Assembly: GCA_016186145.1 (NCBI GenBank)
Contig: JACPMF010000007.1
Location: forward strand, 19,302-83,301
Reading direction: 5' to 3'
Source of the DNA: Candidatus Sungiibacteriota bacterium
Lineage (GTDB): Bacteria > Patescibacteriota > Minisyncoccia > Sungbacterales > SURF-37
Length of the DNA: 64,000 nucleotides
Below the pieces are notes generated by a model, which was given only the letters and a program-made list of their open reading frames with translations, was not told the origin of the DNA and did not search any database. The translations under genes were made by a program, and so were the position numbers. Shown here one piece after another: positions 53,712 through 62,933 of this stretch. Each line of letters starts with the position of its first letter. Position 1 is the first letter of the stretch.

Positions 53712-55298
53712 ATGGCCGATGACATAGAAGGCCGCTGGGGGTCTGATAACTTCCTTGACGCGCTTGGGTTGTCGCACCTCAAATCAGTTCTCGGGCGCAG
53801 GCGAGGGCAAGCTTCCGAAATGAATCCTGCAACATCGAGGGGCTACGAAGAAGCGCTCGAAGCGGCAAGAAAAAAAATCCGCGAGCAGGGAATAGAGCTG
53901 CAACGGCTCTCTTCGCACCCATTCGACTACGCAACAGTTATCACCGTAAACCCGGGAGAACTGTCGGCAGTTATTATCCATGAAGGACGCGTACGCGAAG
54001 TAGCTTTACCAACCGGCAAAAACATTTTGCCCGGTGACACGGTTAAAATTTCAAGCGCCACAATGCAAATCATCGCCCAGGCCGCGCAGATTCCCGCCGG
54101 TAATGTGGGAATTTTACGGCGCGTGGGAACCGAGGCAAGTGAAATCGATTATCAGGGTGTCACCAAAGTTGTTCTCAATGGAAAATGCGCCGGCTCTCTT
54201 GAGACCGGCGACCGAGTACGACTCGACCAGCACGGATTCGTCATCACCGCAAAACTCGAAAGAGAAGAAGAGCGCTACCGCTTTTCCGAGGAAACCCACG
54301 TGCAGTGGAGCGACATCGGCGGATGCGACGACGCAAAAGAACTGCTTATCGAGGCAATCGAGCTTCCTCACGAGTTCCCGGAGCTTTTCAGCGCATACAA
54401 CAAGAAGCCCCCGAAAGGAATTCTTCTCTACGGGCCTCCGGGTTGCGGAAAAACAATGCTTGCCAAAGCGGCCGCAACGGCGCTTGCCGAAACCCACCGG
54501 AAGAAAGACGGCCCGGCCGGGAATATTCCTTCCGGATTCTTCTTTATCAAGGGGCCTGAACTTCTTGATAAATACGTGGGTGCCACCGAAGCAAAAATAA
54601 GAGAGGTGTTCGACCTCGCGCGCCGGCATGAAGCAAAGTACGGCTACCAGCCGGTTATCTTTTTTGACGAAGCCGACGCGCTTCTTTCAAAGCGCGGCTC
54701 CGGCATAAGCTCGGATATGGAACGAACCATCGTACCGATGTTCCTTTCCGAAATGGACGGCTTGCAAAAAGCCGGCGCCATCGTGCTTCTTGCGACGAAC
54801 CGGCCTGACGTTCTGGATCCCGCGGTCATCCGGGAGGGACGGATCGACCGAAAAGTGAAAATCCCGAGGCCAACCAAAGAAGTCTCGGTTGTCATCTTCG
54901 AACTGCATCTGAAAGGCGTGCCGTTTGCGAACAAAGACATCACGCACGAACTCGTCTCGCAATTCGCCGCAGACGCGCTCTTCTCCGACGAACGAGTGCT
55001 CTACGACCTTCTGCTCAATCCGGCGGACCAAGAGAAAAAAGCCGTTTTCGCGCTTCGCGAGCTGGTAAACGGCGCAATGATTAAAGGAGCCGTCGACAAG
55101 GCAACTTCTATTGCGCTCAACCGCGACAGAAAAGCCGGCAACAAGACGGCAACGGGCATTACGAAAGAAGATATTACAGCCGCTATTGATTCCGCATTCC
55201 GTGAAAACTTCGACATGAACCACGACGACGAACTTGAAGAATTCCGGCGCGAGCATGGCGGAGGAATCCCGCTGAAACGCGTGCAAGCGCGCGTGTAA
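53712..55298 (+). CDS. ARC/Mpa-like AAA+ ATPase (coiled-coil, tandem OB-fold interdomain, AAA module)
   Basis: Walker A GPPGCGKT. ...FFFIKGPELLDKYVGATEAKIREVF...IFFDEADALLSKRGSGISSDMERTIVPMFLSEMDG... closely matches the proteasome-associated ATPase (ARC/Mpa) family. No C-terminal GQYL. Confidence 0.7.
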   Translation: MADDIEGRWGSDNFLDALGLSHLKSVLGRRRGQASEMNPATSRGYEEALEAARKKIREQGIELQRLSSHPFDYATVITVNPGELSAVIIHEGRVREVALPTGKNILPGDTVKISSATMQIIAQAAQIPAGNVGILRRVGTEASEIDYQGVTKVVLNGKCAGSLETGDRVRLDQHGFVITAKLEREEERYRFSEETHVQWSDIGGCDDAKELLIEAIELPHEFPELFSAYNKKPPKGILLYGPPGCGKTMLAKAAATALAETHRKKDGPAGNIPSGFFFIKGPELLDKYVGATEAKIREVFDLARRHEAKYGYQPVIFFDEADALLSKRGSGISSDMERTIVPMFLSEMDGLQKAGAIVLLATNRPDVLDPAVIREGRIDRKVKIPRPTKEVSVVIFELHLKGVPFANKDITHELVSQFAADALFSDERVLYDLLLNPADQEKKAVFALRELVNGAMIKGAVDKATSIALNRDRKAGNKTATGITKEDITAAIDSAFRENFDMNHDDELEEFRREHGGGIPLKRVQARV

Positions 55299-55348
55299 AC
55301 CAAAAAATCAAAAACCTCATCGTACTGATGAGGTGTTTTCTTTTTGTG

Positions 55349-56329
55349 CTACTCCTTTACGTCGATGTCGAACCCGAAAATACTTCGCTTGCCGTATGTC
55401 GGAGGCGTTTTTGGGTCATCTTGAACCGACGTCACGTCATGCCAAAGAGGAGAATTGCGATCTTGCTGGAAAAGCCCTTGCCCGGGCTGTAAACATGCCC
55501 GCAGGTATTCTGTTTTTTTATCAGGCCCGTACACAATGCTCTCACCGCCAATAACTCCGTCGCGTTCAACGACCAAGGCGGAAATGATATAGTCCGCACC
55601 GTCCTGGTGAATGCCTTCAGGCGCATTCGTACCTTCGCCATCGGCGTCTGCAAAAATGCTTACCTGGTGAACTGCGGCCGAAAGCGTCTTAACTGCAGGT
55701 CGCACTTCCCGAATCATTTCCGCAACGCATCCGAGAAGGTGCTGGAAGTCAGGGTGGCCCGTAACCATTTCCGAAATCTCCTTAAAAGCGCGGGTGAAAG
55801 ACCGCGCGTCGCCGCTCTCCACATTTTGAGAAAAACTGTCTGCCGGACGCCGCGTAATTCTCCAACCCGCCGGCATAGACGGCTCGCGGTCGAAAAGAAG
55901 CCTGGCGATAGCGCGCTTTCTCCGCGGACGAATGCGCTCCAAAACCCACCGCTCTCCTTGTGAAAGCCGAACAATGAGATCGCCGACGTCCTCTAGCCCT
56001 TTTCTACCGGCATAATATTCGGGAAGAAGCGCATCGAGTCGGGACTTCTCATGGAAGAAGCGCTGTGTGAGATACGCCACCTGATCTCTTTTTACATCAT
56101 ACTCATCCCATGACAACAAGCTGAATGTTGGAGCGAGTTCACTGATGAACCGCTCCCGGTTAACCCCCAGACCTCCCAGATCAAACATGCGCACGGGATG
56201 TCCAATGGGGCTGCCCAATTTCGCCGAAAGAGCCGCCTCGTCAGCAAGATAACCGAAAAAGGGCTTTGTCATTGCTGTCCTCCGCTTTGAAAGAACACCA
56301 CAAACGATTTGCCCATTACTATACAACAA
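55349..56329 (-). CDS. hypothetical protein, possible 2OG-Fe dioxygenase-like (PF10014-like)
   Basis: ...APEGIHQDGADYIISALVVERDGVIGGESIVYGP... resembles the 2OG-Fe_Oxy_2 core. 326 aa. Confidence 0.4.
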   Translation of the reverse strand: MLYSNGQIVCGVLSKRRTAMTKPFFGYLADEAALSAKLGSPIGHPVRMFDLGGLGVNRERFISELAPTFSLLSWDEYDVKRDQVAYLTQRFFHEKSRLDALLPEYYAGRKGLEDVGDLIVRLSQGERWVLERIRPRRKRAIARLLFDREPSMPAGWRITRRPADSFSQNVESGDARSFTRAFKEISEMVTGHPDFQHLLGCVAEMIREVRPAVKTLSAAVHQVSIFADADGEGTNAPEGIHQDGADYIISALVVERDGVIGGESIVYGPDKKTEYLRACLQPGQGLFQQDRNSPLWHDVTSVQDDPKTPPTYGKRSIFGFDIDVKE

Positions 56330-56460
56330 AAAATAAAAATTGCAATATGGCGTGGCGGTTTACCAAACTGGAGCCGCATAAAAGTTTGGACAAATAAACA
56401 AAAGTGCGCTACCAATTAAAGGGCTTTATCCAAAATTTAGAGCCGGTGGCGAACAAATTT

Positions 56461-56637
56461 TGGTTACAAAACATTACCCTGTTAAATAATTTTGCCGCAG
56501 GCAAAATTCCCCTGTTAAATCTTTTGCCTTCGGCAAAAGAAAACCAAGGGTTTTATTTAACAGGGGATTTAACAGGGTGCTGAATTTTACAGTCGCTCGC
56601 GCTGCGCAAAATACTTACGCTCGCGAGTAAAATTTGC
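56461..56637 (+). promoter_or_regulatory. conserved structured upstream element, copy U4 (inverted in window coordinates but same orientation relative to its gene)
   Basis: TTACCCTGTTAAAT ... ATTTAACAGGGTGCTGAATTTTACAGT... ends at the ATG of 56638. Internal stems TTTTGCC(GCAG)GGCAAAA, CCCCTGTTAAAT...ATTTAACAGGGG and TTTTGCC(TTCG)GGCAAAA. Confidence 0.55.
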
Positions 56638-57762
56638 ATGTCCCCAAATGATCAAGCGCTTGCGCTTATAAAAAAGAGTAATGCGGTTGCCGTAGCGCTT
56701 CCGGAAAAAGCCGGAGTGGATGAAATTTGTTCCGCTGCGGCCGCGCTAAAAATTCTCACAAAACTCGGGAAAAACACCGGCATTTTTTTCTCGGGAACCG
56801 TCCCTGTAGTTTTTGAAAAACTCTTTCCCGCCAACACCCTCCTGCAAAACGGAGCAGACGTCCTTTCGGATTTCGTTATTGAAATAAACAAAACCTCGTC
56901 GCCGATCGGAGAACTCCGTTATCAAAAGACAGAATCAACGCTTTCGATAATTATCTCGCCAAAAGACCGGCCAATAAAAAAGGAGGACATCGTTTTGAAG
57001 TCGGGAAAAAAGAAATGCGATCTTCTCATCGCCTTCGGAGTGAACGAGCTTTCTGAAATCGGGCCGGCTTTTGAAAACTCGCCGGAACTTTTCTATGAAA
57101 AGCCGCTCATCGCATTCAGTTTATCTCCCGAGACAGAAACAGTGAGTGAAGTCAGCCTTGCCGATCCTGCCCGCAGTTCAATCTCGGAAATTTCAGGCGA
57201 ATTCTTTTTTGAGGCCTTCCCGGAACAAATCGACAAAGACGCCGCAACCCTTTTTCTTCTTGGAATCGTCTATAAAACAAAAAACTTCAGGAGCGGGCGC
57301 GTACGACCGAAAACCTTTGCCGCCGCCGCGCGGCTCATTGAGCGCGGCGCTCTGCTCGACGAAATTGTCAGAATCCTTTGGAAAACAAAGCCGCTGCCGC
57401 TCCTTCAACTTTGGGGCAGAGCCGCAGTCCGTTCGCGATACGACGAAGGAAAAAAATCCCTTATCGCCGTCCTCACCAAAGACGATTTTCTAAAAACGAA
57501 CACGACGCCGGAGAACGGCCTGCCGTTTGTCCTTGAACACCTTGAGGAACACTTTCTCCTTCCGAAAAACTTCGCGCTTCTTTGGCAAAACCCGCGCGAT
57601 GAAACAGTTAACTGCTTAATTAAAAATCCCCTCCACGACCACGAGAAAAAAGGGCTTACCCGATCACCGGCAAAAGAAGGATACCTTGAATTCTTAAAAA
57701 CTTTTGCCTCGTTCCAAGAAGCCGAAAAAACTGTTACGGCGCTCTTTGCTTACAACGTCTAA
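56638..57762 (+). CDS. DHH-family-like protein (NrnA-like architecture, catalytic DHH motif not evident)
   Basis: 374 aa. N-terminal ...AVAVALPEKAGVDEICSAAAALKIL... parallels the NrnA DHH region but lacks DHH. Confidence 0.45.
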   Translation: MSPNDQALALIKKSNAVAVALPEKAGVDEICSAAAALKILTKLGKNTGIFFSGTVPVVFEKLFPANTLLQNGADVLSDFVIEINKTSSPIGELRYQKTESTLSIIISPKDRPIKKEDIVLKSGKKKCDLLIAFGVNELSEIGPAFENSPELFYEKPLIAFSLSPETETVSEVSLADPARSSISEISGEFFFEAFPEQIDKDAATLFLLGIVYKTKNFRSGRVRPKTFAAAARLIERGALLDEIVRILWKTKPLPLLQLWGRAAVRSRYDEGKKSLIAVLTKDDFLKTNTTPENGLPFVLEHLEEHFLLPKNFALLWQNPRDETVNCLIKNPLHDHEKKGLTRSPAKEGYLEFLKTFASFQEAEKTVTALFAYNV

Positions 57763-57792
57763 TGTTTTACCGCGCCATCTGCTTTGGTTGGC

Positions 57793-58050
57793 TCAGCGAT
57801 AAATTGAGTGGTCGCCTACTGAATGAAACCAAACTATGCTTTTCCTTTCAAACTCAAAAACAATCCTGTGTTTAGCATCAATAGAAAAAGCCCAATACTC
57901 TTTGAGTCGGCCTTGTAATTTGTGAGTATTGAGCATCGGATGAAAAGGGTTCTTTCTGAACGCCTTTTCTTTTTCTTCGGCCAGCATCTTAATTCCCTTT
58001 GAAAGCCTCCTATATTCGCGTTCAAACTTTGAGGAATAGTAAATCTGCAT
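57793..58050 (-). CDS. RelE/ParE-family type II toxin
   Basis: 85 aa. ...LQGRLKEYWAFSIDAKHRIVFEFERKSIVWFHSVGDHSIY has the RelE/ParE fold pattern. Confidence 0.8.
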   Translation of the reverse strand: MQIYYSSKFEREYRRLSKGIKMLAEEKEKAFRKNPFHPMLNTHKLQGRLKEYWAFSIDAKHRIVFEFERKSIVWFHSVGDHSIYR

Positions 58051-58058
58051 CTAACAAG

Positions 58059-58274
58059 TCATCTTAGGTTTCTAAGCGACTTCAATAGTTTCCCATCGCC
58101 CCTTCTTAGTTCTTTACGGCTTTCTTCAAGCTCTTCGGCAAGCTTACCCTCCATCCAGAGGCGGATGAGCATGCGAAAGAACTCACTTTTACTGGAAAAA
58201 TTGCCGCTTTTAACGTTTTCTTCTACCGCCTTCACCATTTTTTCAGGCAAAGAAAGATTTATGATATTTCTCAT
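58059..58274 (-). CDS. ribbon-helix-helix antitoxin (ParD/CopG-like)
   Basis: 71 aa. LSLPEKMVKAVEENVKSGNFSSKSEFFRMLIRLW has the RHH pattern. 8 nt upstream of the toxin gene. Confidence 0.65.
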   Translation of the reverse strand: MRNIINLSLPEKMVKAVEENVKSGNFSSKSEFFRMLIRLWMEGKLAEELEESRKELRRGDGKLLKSLRNLR

Positions 58275-58403
58275 ATTTTTAGTTTATTAACTGTAATAAT
58301 TTATATTACAATTATAAGCGCTACGCAACCTGTGTCAAATCAACAACCGTACTAATATAAATGCGGCACGGGCAGTGTCGCACTGAGAACCAAATCGCTT
58401 CTT

Positions 58404-58745
58404 CTATGCGTCTCCTACAGAAAAAGCCAGCTTTGTCTCGGAGAAATGTATTCCGCAATCATGCATAACGCGCGCCAACCCGCGAAGTGCTTCAGCAATT
58501 TTTCTCTTTTCGCCAGTAGTCGGCTCTTTGTTTCCATAAAAACTTACCTCAACCACGGGGAAGATAAAACTTCCTGTGTTGAATTCATACTTCTTTAGGG
58601 CTGCGGCAATTCCCTGCTTTCTTTCGGATGGCACATCTTTACTAAGCCACGCCGTAACCTCGCCAGGAAGGCCGAAACCAAAAGTTACTATCTCCGAGAA
58701 GCCCTCGCGGACTTTGAAAACACCCGCTGTGTCTATGTGGGACAT
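58404..58745 (-). CDS. hypothetical protein
   Basis: 113-aa ORF. No family recognised. Confidence 0.4.
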   Translation of the reverse strand: MSHIDTAGVFKVREGFSEIVTFGFGLPGEVTAWLSKDVPSERKQGIAAALKKYEFNTGSFIFPVVEVSFYGNKEPTTGEKRKIAEALRGLARVMHDCGIHFSETKLAFSVGDA

Positions 58746-58865
58746 AAAGCCCTCCTGTATTCAGTTTATTTTCAAACAACGGTAAGTATAAACAAAAATA
58801 CTATACAAATAGTTTAGAAACAACCGCCCGTTCATATTTTTGCCGCAAGGCCGTATAATAAGCCT

Positions 58866-60533
58866 ATGCCTATTTTTGAAGAGGAAAAACAAAAAAAGAA
58901 AATTGCGGGCCTCTGGCGCCAAGAGGAAGAGGAAACAACAAAACTGCTTTCTGAAAAATATAAAGTCTCCTATTTGAACCTCGCAATAACGCCCATAAAC
59001 ACCGAAGCATTGAAAATCGTGCCTGAAGAAGAGTCGCGCCGGGCAGGACTTGCGGTCTTCCAAAAAATCGGGAAACGGCTTGAGATTGCCGTCGGCGGAC
59101 CAGACAGATCGGAAACTGTCGCCGCCCTCAAAAAACTCGCCAACGACGGATATGCCTATACCCTCCATCTTGTCTCAAAAACCAGTCTTGAGCACGCGTG
59201 GGGTTTTTTTAAACAGATCGCGGAACGCGGGGATGCCATTACCGGCCACATCCAAATCTCTGACGCTCGCCTCGAAGAATTTCAAAAAAGCCTTGCAACG
59301 CTCAAAGACCTTCAGGGGCTCCTCCACGAAATTGGGACAAAACGCACCACCGACACCCTGGAATTGATCATCGCGGGCGCCCTGAAAACAGACGCCTCGG
59401 ACATACACATAGAGCCGCAAGAAGAAATTGCCAGGATTCGATACCGCCTGGACGGAGTGTTGCATGACGCGGCAGACATCCCTACCGCCGTTTACAAACC
59501 GCTTCGCTCCCGAATCAAACTCATCTCCGAACTAAAACTCAACATAACCGCCAAAGGACAAGACGGGAGATTTACCATAAAAAGCGCCGGAACAGAAACA
59601 GAAGTCAGAACCTCCACCCTCCCGGGTCCCTACGGAGAAAACATTGTAATGCGAATCCTCTCCCCAAAAGCGATCGCGATGAAATTTGAAGATCTCGGCA
59701 TGCAATCGTGGGCAAGAGAACAAATGGAGCGCGAGCTGAAAAAACCAAACGGTATGATCCTTGCAACGGGGCCGACCGGATCGGGGAAAACAACAACACT
59801 CTACGGCTTTCTGAAAAAAATCCACTCACCGGACATCAAAATCGTCACGATTGAAGACCCTATCGAATACCATTTAACCGGCATTGAACAAACACAGGTA
59901 GAACCGGAACACGGATACGATTTTGCTTCAGGGCTTCGCTCCATCATCCGCCAGGATCCCGATGTCATCCTTGTCGGCGAGATTCGCGACCTGGAAACAG
60001 CAGAAACGGCAATGCACGCCTCCCTCACCGGCCATCTTGTCTTCTCCACCCTGCATACCAACAGTGCCGCAGGGACAATCCCGCGCCTTTTAGACATCGG
60101 CGTCAAACCGACCATCATTGCCCCGGCCGTAAATATCGCCATGGCGCAACGGCTTCTCCGCCGGCTCTGCACGGCATGCAGCGTAAAAGGGCCGGCAACC
60201 GCAGAAGAACGCAAAACAATAGCAGCGGAATTTGCTCTGTTTCCTCCTAAAATTAAAAAACCGGACATCCGCGAACTGGAACTTTCCCGAGCCACAGGGT
60301 GCCAGGCATGCAATCTCACCGGTTACAAAGGCAGAACCGGCGTTTACGAAATAATCCTCATCGACGATGCCATGGAAGCCCTCATCTTCAAGGACCCGTC
60401 TGAAGCAACAATAAAAAAAGCCGCCTTTGAACAGGGGCAGATCACTATGCGCCAAGACGGAATACTAAAAATCGTAGCCGGCGTCACAGACCTCGCTGAG
60501 CTAGAACGAGTAGTCGGCGGTGCAACAATGTAA
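58866..60533 (+). CDS. pilB: type II/IV secretion system ATPase (PilB/GspE family)
   Basis: N-terminal GspII-like domain, Walker A ATGPTGSGKTTTL, Asp and His boxes, and a C-terminal tetracysteine (CTAC...CQAC). Confidence 0.9.
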   Translation: MPIFEEEKQKKKIAGLWRQEEEETTKLLSEKYKVSYLNLAITPINTEALKIVPEEESRRAGLAVFQKIGKRLEIAVGGPDRSETVAALKKLANDGYAYTLHLVSKTSLEHAWGFFKQIAERGDAITGHIQISDARLEEFQKSLATLKDLQGLLHEIGTKRTTDTLELIIAGALKTDASDIHIEPQEEIARIRYRLDGVLHDAADIPTAVYKPLRSRIKLISELKLNITAKGQDGRFTIKSAGTETEVRTSTLPGPYGENIVMRILSPKAIAMKFEDLGMQSWAREQMERELKKPNGMILATGPTGSGKTTTLYGFLKKIHSPDIKIVTIEDPIEYHLTGIEQTQVEPEHGYDFASGLRSIIRQDPDVILVGEIRDLETAETAMHASLTGHLVFSTLHTNSAAGTIPRLLDIGVKPTIIAPAVNIAMAQRLLRRLCTACSVKGPATAEERKTIAAEFALFPPKIKKPDIRELELSRATGCQACNLTGYKGRTGVYEIILIDDAMEALIFKDPSEATIKKAAFEQGQITMRQDGILKIVAGVTDLAELERVVGGATM

Positions 60534-60715
60534 CTCACAACCGACAACTTACAACCAACGACACGATGTGCATTGTTATAAGTTGTATGTTGTTCGTTGT
60601 CAGCCAACGAGATAGCGAGTCCTGTTAGAAAATTTACATTCGCCGAATTACAACAACCATTGCCATTGCAACTACTATTGGTTTACTTTTCACCGCACTA
60701 TATAAATTTTCTAAC

Positions 60716-60890
60716 GGGGCGGGCGCCACTCACCTCTGGGCAATACTCCGGTTTGGGAACACGGAGGCCAGGATTTCCTCGTGGTATACCTCAGTACGCC
60801 ACAAGGACAACCAAAGTACCCTGACGGTAAAAAATCCCCATTAAGGCCCTTCGAGAACCTTAATTGCCCAGAGATGGCTGGCGCCCTACC
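60716..60890 (+). ncRNA. candidate structured ncRNA (6S-like closing-stem architecture) with -10-like TATATAAAT immediately upstream
   Basis: 5' arm GGGCGCCACTCACCTCTGGGCAAT (60721..60744) pairs with 3' arm ATTGCCCAGAGATGGCTGGCGCCC (60863..60886). About 175 nt. No ORF. -10-like box at 60701..60709. Confidence 0.35.
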
Positions 60891-60972
60891 GCGCAAGAAC
60901 TAAAAAGTATACATTATCAAAAGGAGGAACGCCCTCCTTTCATTGGTCTTATTATAGCAGATGATGTAAAAA

Positions 60973-61980
60973 ATGTCAACTGACCCCCAAAAGATAAAAA
61001 AAGAAGACGGATCTCTCGACGCCTCATTACGGCCCCAGCGCTGGGATGAATACATCGGCCAGGAACGAACCAAAGAAAATTTGAAAATACTGCTCGGAGC
61101 CGCCAAAAAACGCGGGGATCCCGTGGAGCACGTTCTTCTCTACGGTCCCGCCGGGCTCGGCAAAACCAGTTTATCTCACCTTATCGCACGGGAAATGAAC
61201 ACGAATATCCGCGTTACATCGGGTCCGGCAATTGAGCGAGTCGGCGACCTTGCGTCAATTCTTACAAACCTCCTCCCGCACGACATCCTTTTTATCGACG
61301 AAGCCCATCGGTTGAATAAGCTCATTGAGGAAGTCCTTTACCCGGCGATGGAAACAAGAACCATAGACATCATCATCGGCAAGGGCCCTTCTGCAAGAAC
61401 GATCCAAATAGAGCTCCCCCCGTTCACCCTTATTGCCGCAACAACCAGAATCGGCCTTCTTTCTTCGCCCCTCCGCTCGCGCTTCGGCGTCACTTTCCGA
61501 CTGGATTTTTATAGTAAAGAAGAAATAAATAAAATTCTCCGCCGATCGGCAAACCTTTTAAAAACAGAGATCAACGAGCCGGCCCTCCAAATAATCGCCG
61601 CTGCCTCCCGCTCAACACCAAGAGTTGCAAACCGGCTCTTAAAACGAGTCCGCGACTATGCGGAAGTGCACGCAAACGGCATTATCACAGAAAAAGAGGC
61701 CGCAGCCGCCCTAAAACTCCTGCAAATAGACGAGCTCGGCCTCGAACCGGCAGACCGGCGGATCCTCGAAACCATCATCAACAAATTTAGCGGCGGGCCC
61801 GTCGGGATCCAAACACTCGCCGCCGCAACGTTTGAAGAAGAAGAAACAATCGAGGAAGTATACGAACCATACCTCATGCAGCTTGGTTTCATTGAACGGA
61901 CTCCGCGCGGCAGAGTTGCAGCCGCTCGCGCTTATGAACATCTGGGAGTTAGTTTACCAAGGCAAAACAACCTAATCTAA
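60973..61980 (+). CDS. ruvB: Holliday junction DNA helicase RuvB
   Basis: Walker [10 protein letters not shown], Walker B DEAHRL, sensor motifs, C-terminal winged helix. 335 aa. Confidence 0.95.
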   Translation: MSTDPQKIKKEDGSLDASLRPQRWDEYIGQERTKENLKILLGAAKKRGDPVEHVLLYGPAGLGKTSLSHLIAREMNTNIRVTSGPAIERVGDLASILTNLLPHDILFIDEAHRLNKLIEEVLYPAMETRTIDIIIGKGPSARTIQIELPPFTLIAATTRIGLLSSPLRSRFGVTFRLDFYSKEEINKILRRSANLLKTEINEPALQIIAAASRSTPRVANRLLKRVRDYAEVHANGIITEKEAAAALKLLQIDELGLEPADRRILETIINKFSGGPVGIQTLAAATFEEEETIEEVYEPYLMQLGFIERTPRGRVAAARAYEHLGVSLPRQNNLI

Positions 61981-62088
61981 GGCAGTAATCAACGAAATAC
62001 AAATCTGTTGCGAATATACGAATCGCGCGCGATAAATTATTCGTAAATTCGTAATAAATTCGTTATTCGCTGATAGAGCGGAGCGAAC

Positions 62089-62289
62089 ATGATTTTAATT
62101 CTCGCCTCAATTTTTTCTCTCTTCGCGCTTGTTTACGCACTCATTGCCGGCGCAGTCCTTTATCATCTATGGCACTACACCCTCCCTGGCTGGACCGCGG
62201 CAAGATTTGTTGTTCCGACATTCCTGGTTATTTCGACATTTTTCTTTATCCTCGCCGCATATTTCCTTTTCAGTACGTCAGCGGGATAG
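62089..62289 (+). CDS. small membrane protein (2 TM)
   Basis: 66 aa, two hydrophobic helices. Immediately upstream of the bPH_2 protein gene. Confidence 0.45.
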   Translation: MILILASIFSLFALVYALIAGAVLYHLWHYTLPGWTAARFVVPTFLVISTFFFILAAYFLFSTSAG

Positions 62290-62316
62290 AATCAGCATCT
62301 ATCCGCTTCTAGATTT

Positions 62317-62850
62317 ATGCTAACTCTAGAACCAAACGAACAAATTCTCATGGTTATCCGCAGGCATTGGTACGCGCTTTTTCGGCACGCCGCGGTAATC
62401 ACTACCCTGGCCGTACTGCCGGCAATATTCTATATTCTGAACGGAGAAGCTGATACGCTTTCCAGAATCTCCGACCGTGATTTGGGACCGGCCATAAATT
62501 TCTTTTTCAGTCTGTACGCGCTCGGCCTGACCCTTTACGCATTTACGGTGTGGGCAGACTATTACCTCGATGTCTGGATCATAACCAACAGGCGGCTTAT
62601 CGATGTTGAACAGCACGGCCTTTTTTCAAGAACCATATCGGAACTGCCGATGGAAAAAATACAAAATGTGACGCTGGAAATTCACGGCCTTATGGCAACA
62701 ATCCTTCATTTCGGTAACTTGAAGGTTGAAACCGCATCGCGATCAACATTCGTCATCCGTGACGCCCCGCATATGTATAAAGCAAAAGGGCTGATTCTGA
62801 AATATGCGCATCAAAGCAGTGAACAAGCGGAACTAAGAACCAGGAGCTAA
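62317..62850 (+). CDS. bacterial PH-domain membrane protein (DUF304/bPH_2, YdbS/YdbT-like)
   Basis: 2 N-terminal TM helices then ...ITNRRLIDVEQHGLFSRTISELPMEKIQNVTLE..., typical of membrane-flanked bPH_2. Confidence 0.65.
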   Translation: MLTLEPNEQILMVIRRHWYALFRHAAVITTLAVLPAIFYILNGEADTLSRISDRDLGPAINFFFSLYALGLTLYAFTVWADYYLDVWIITNRRLIDVEQHGLFSRTISELPMEKIQNVTLEIHGLMATILHFGNLKVETASRSTFVIRDAPHMYKAKGLILKYAHQSSEQAELRTRS

Positions 62851-62933
62851 AAACGAGGACAGGCTATGGCACTAAAAAAGCCGGTATCTACCGGCCTTAT
62901 TTTTAGAACTATTCGTATATTCGCGATTACTGC

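Noticed and set aside
60540-60972. RNase P RNA, tmRNA or SRP RNA in the pilB-ruvB spacer
   Set aside because: Hallmark motifs are absent: GGAAAGUCCGGGCUCC (P4) and GGUAAGAGCGCACC for RNase P, a tRNA-like T-arm and CCA end for tmRNA, and the GGAAGCAGCC domain IV for SRP. Only a generic 6S-like closing stem is supported.
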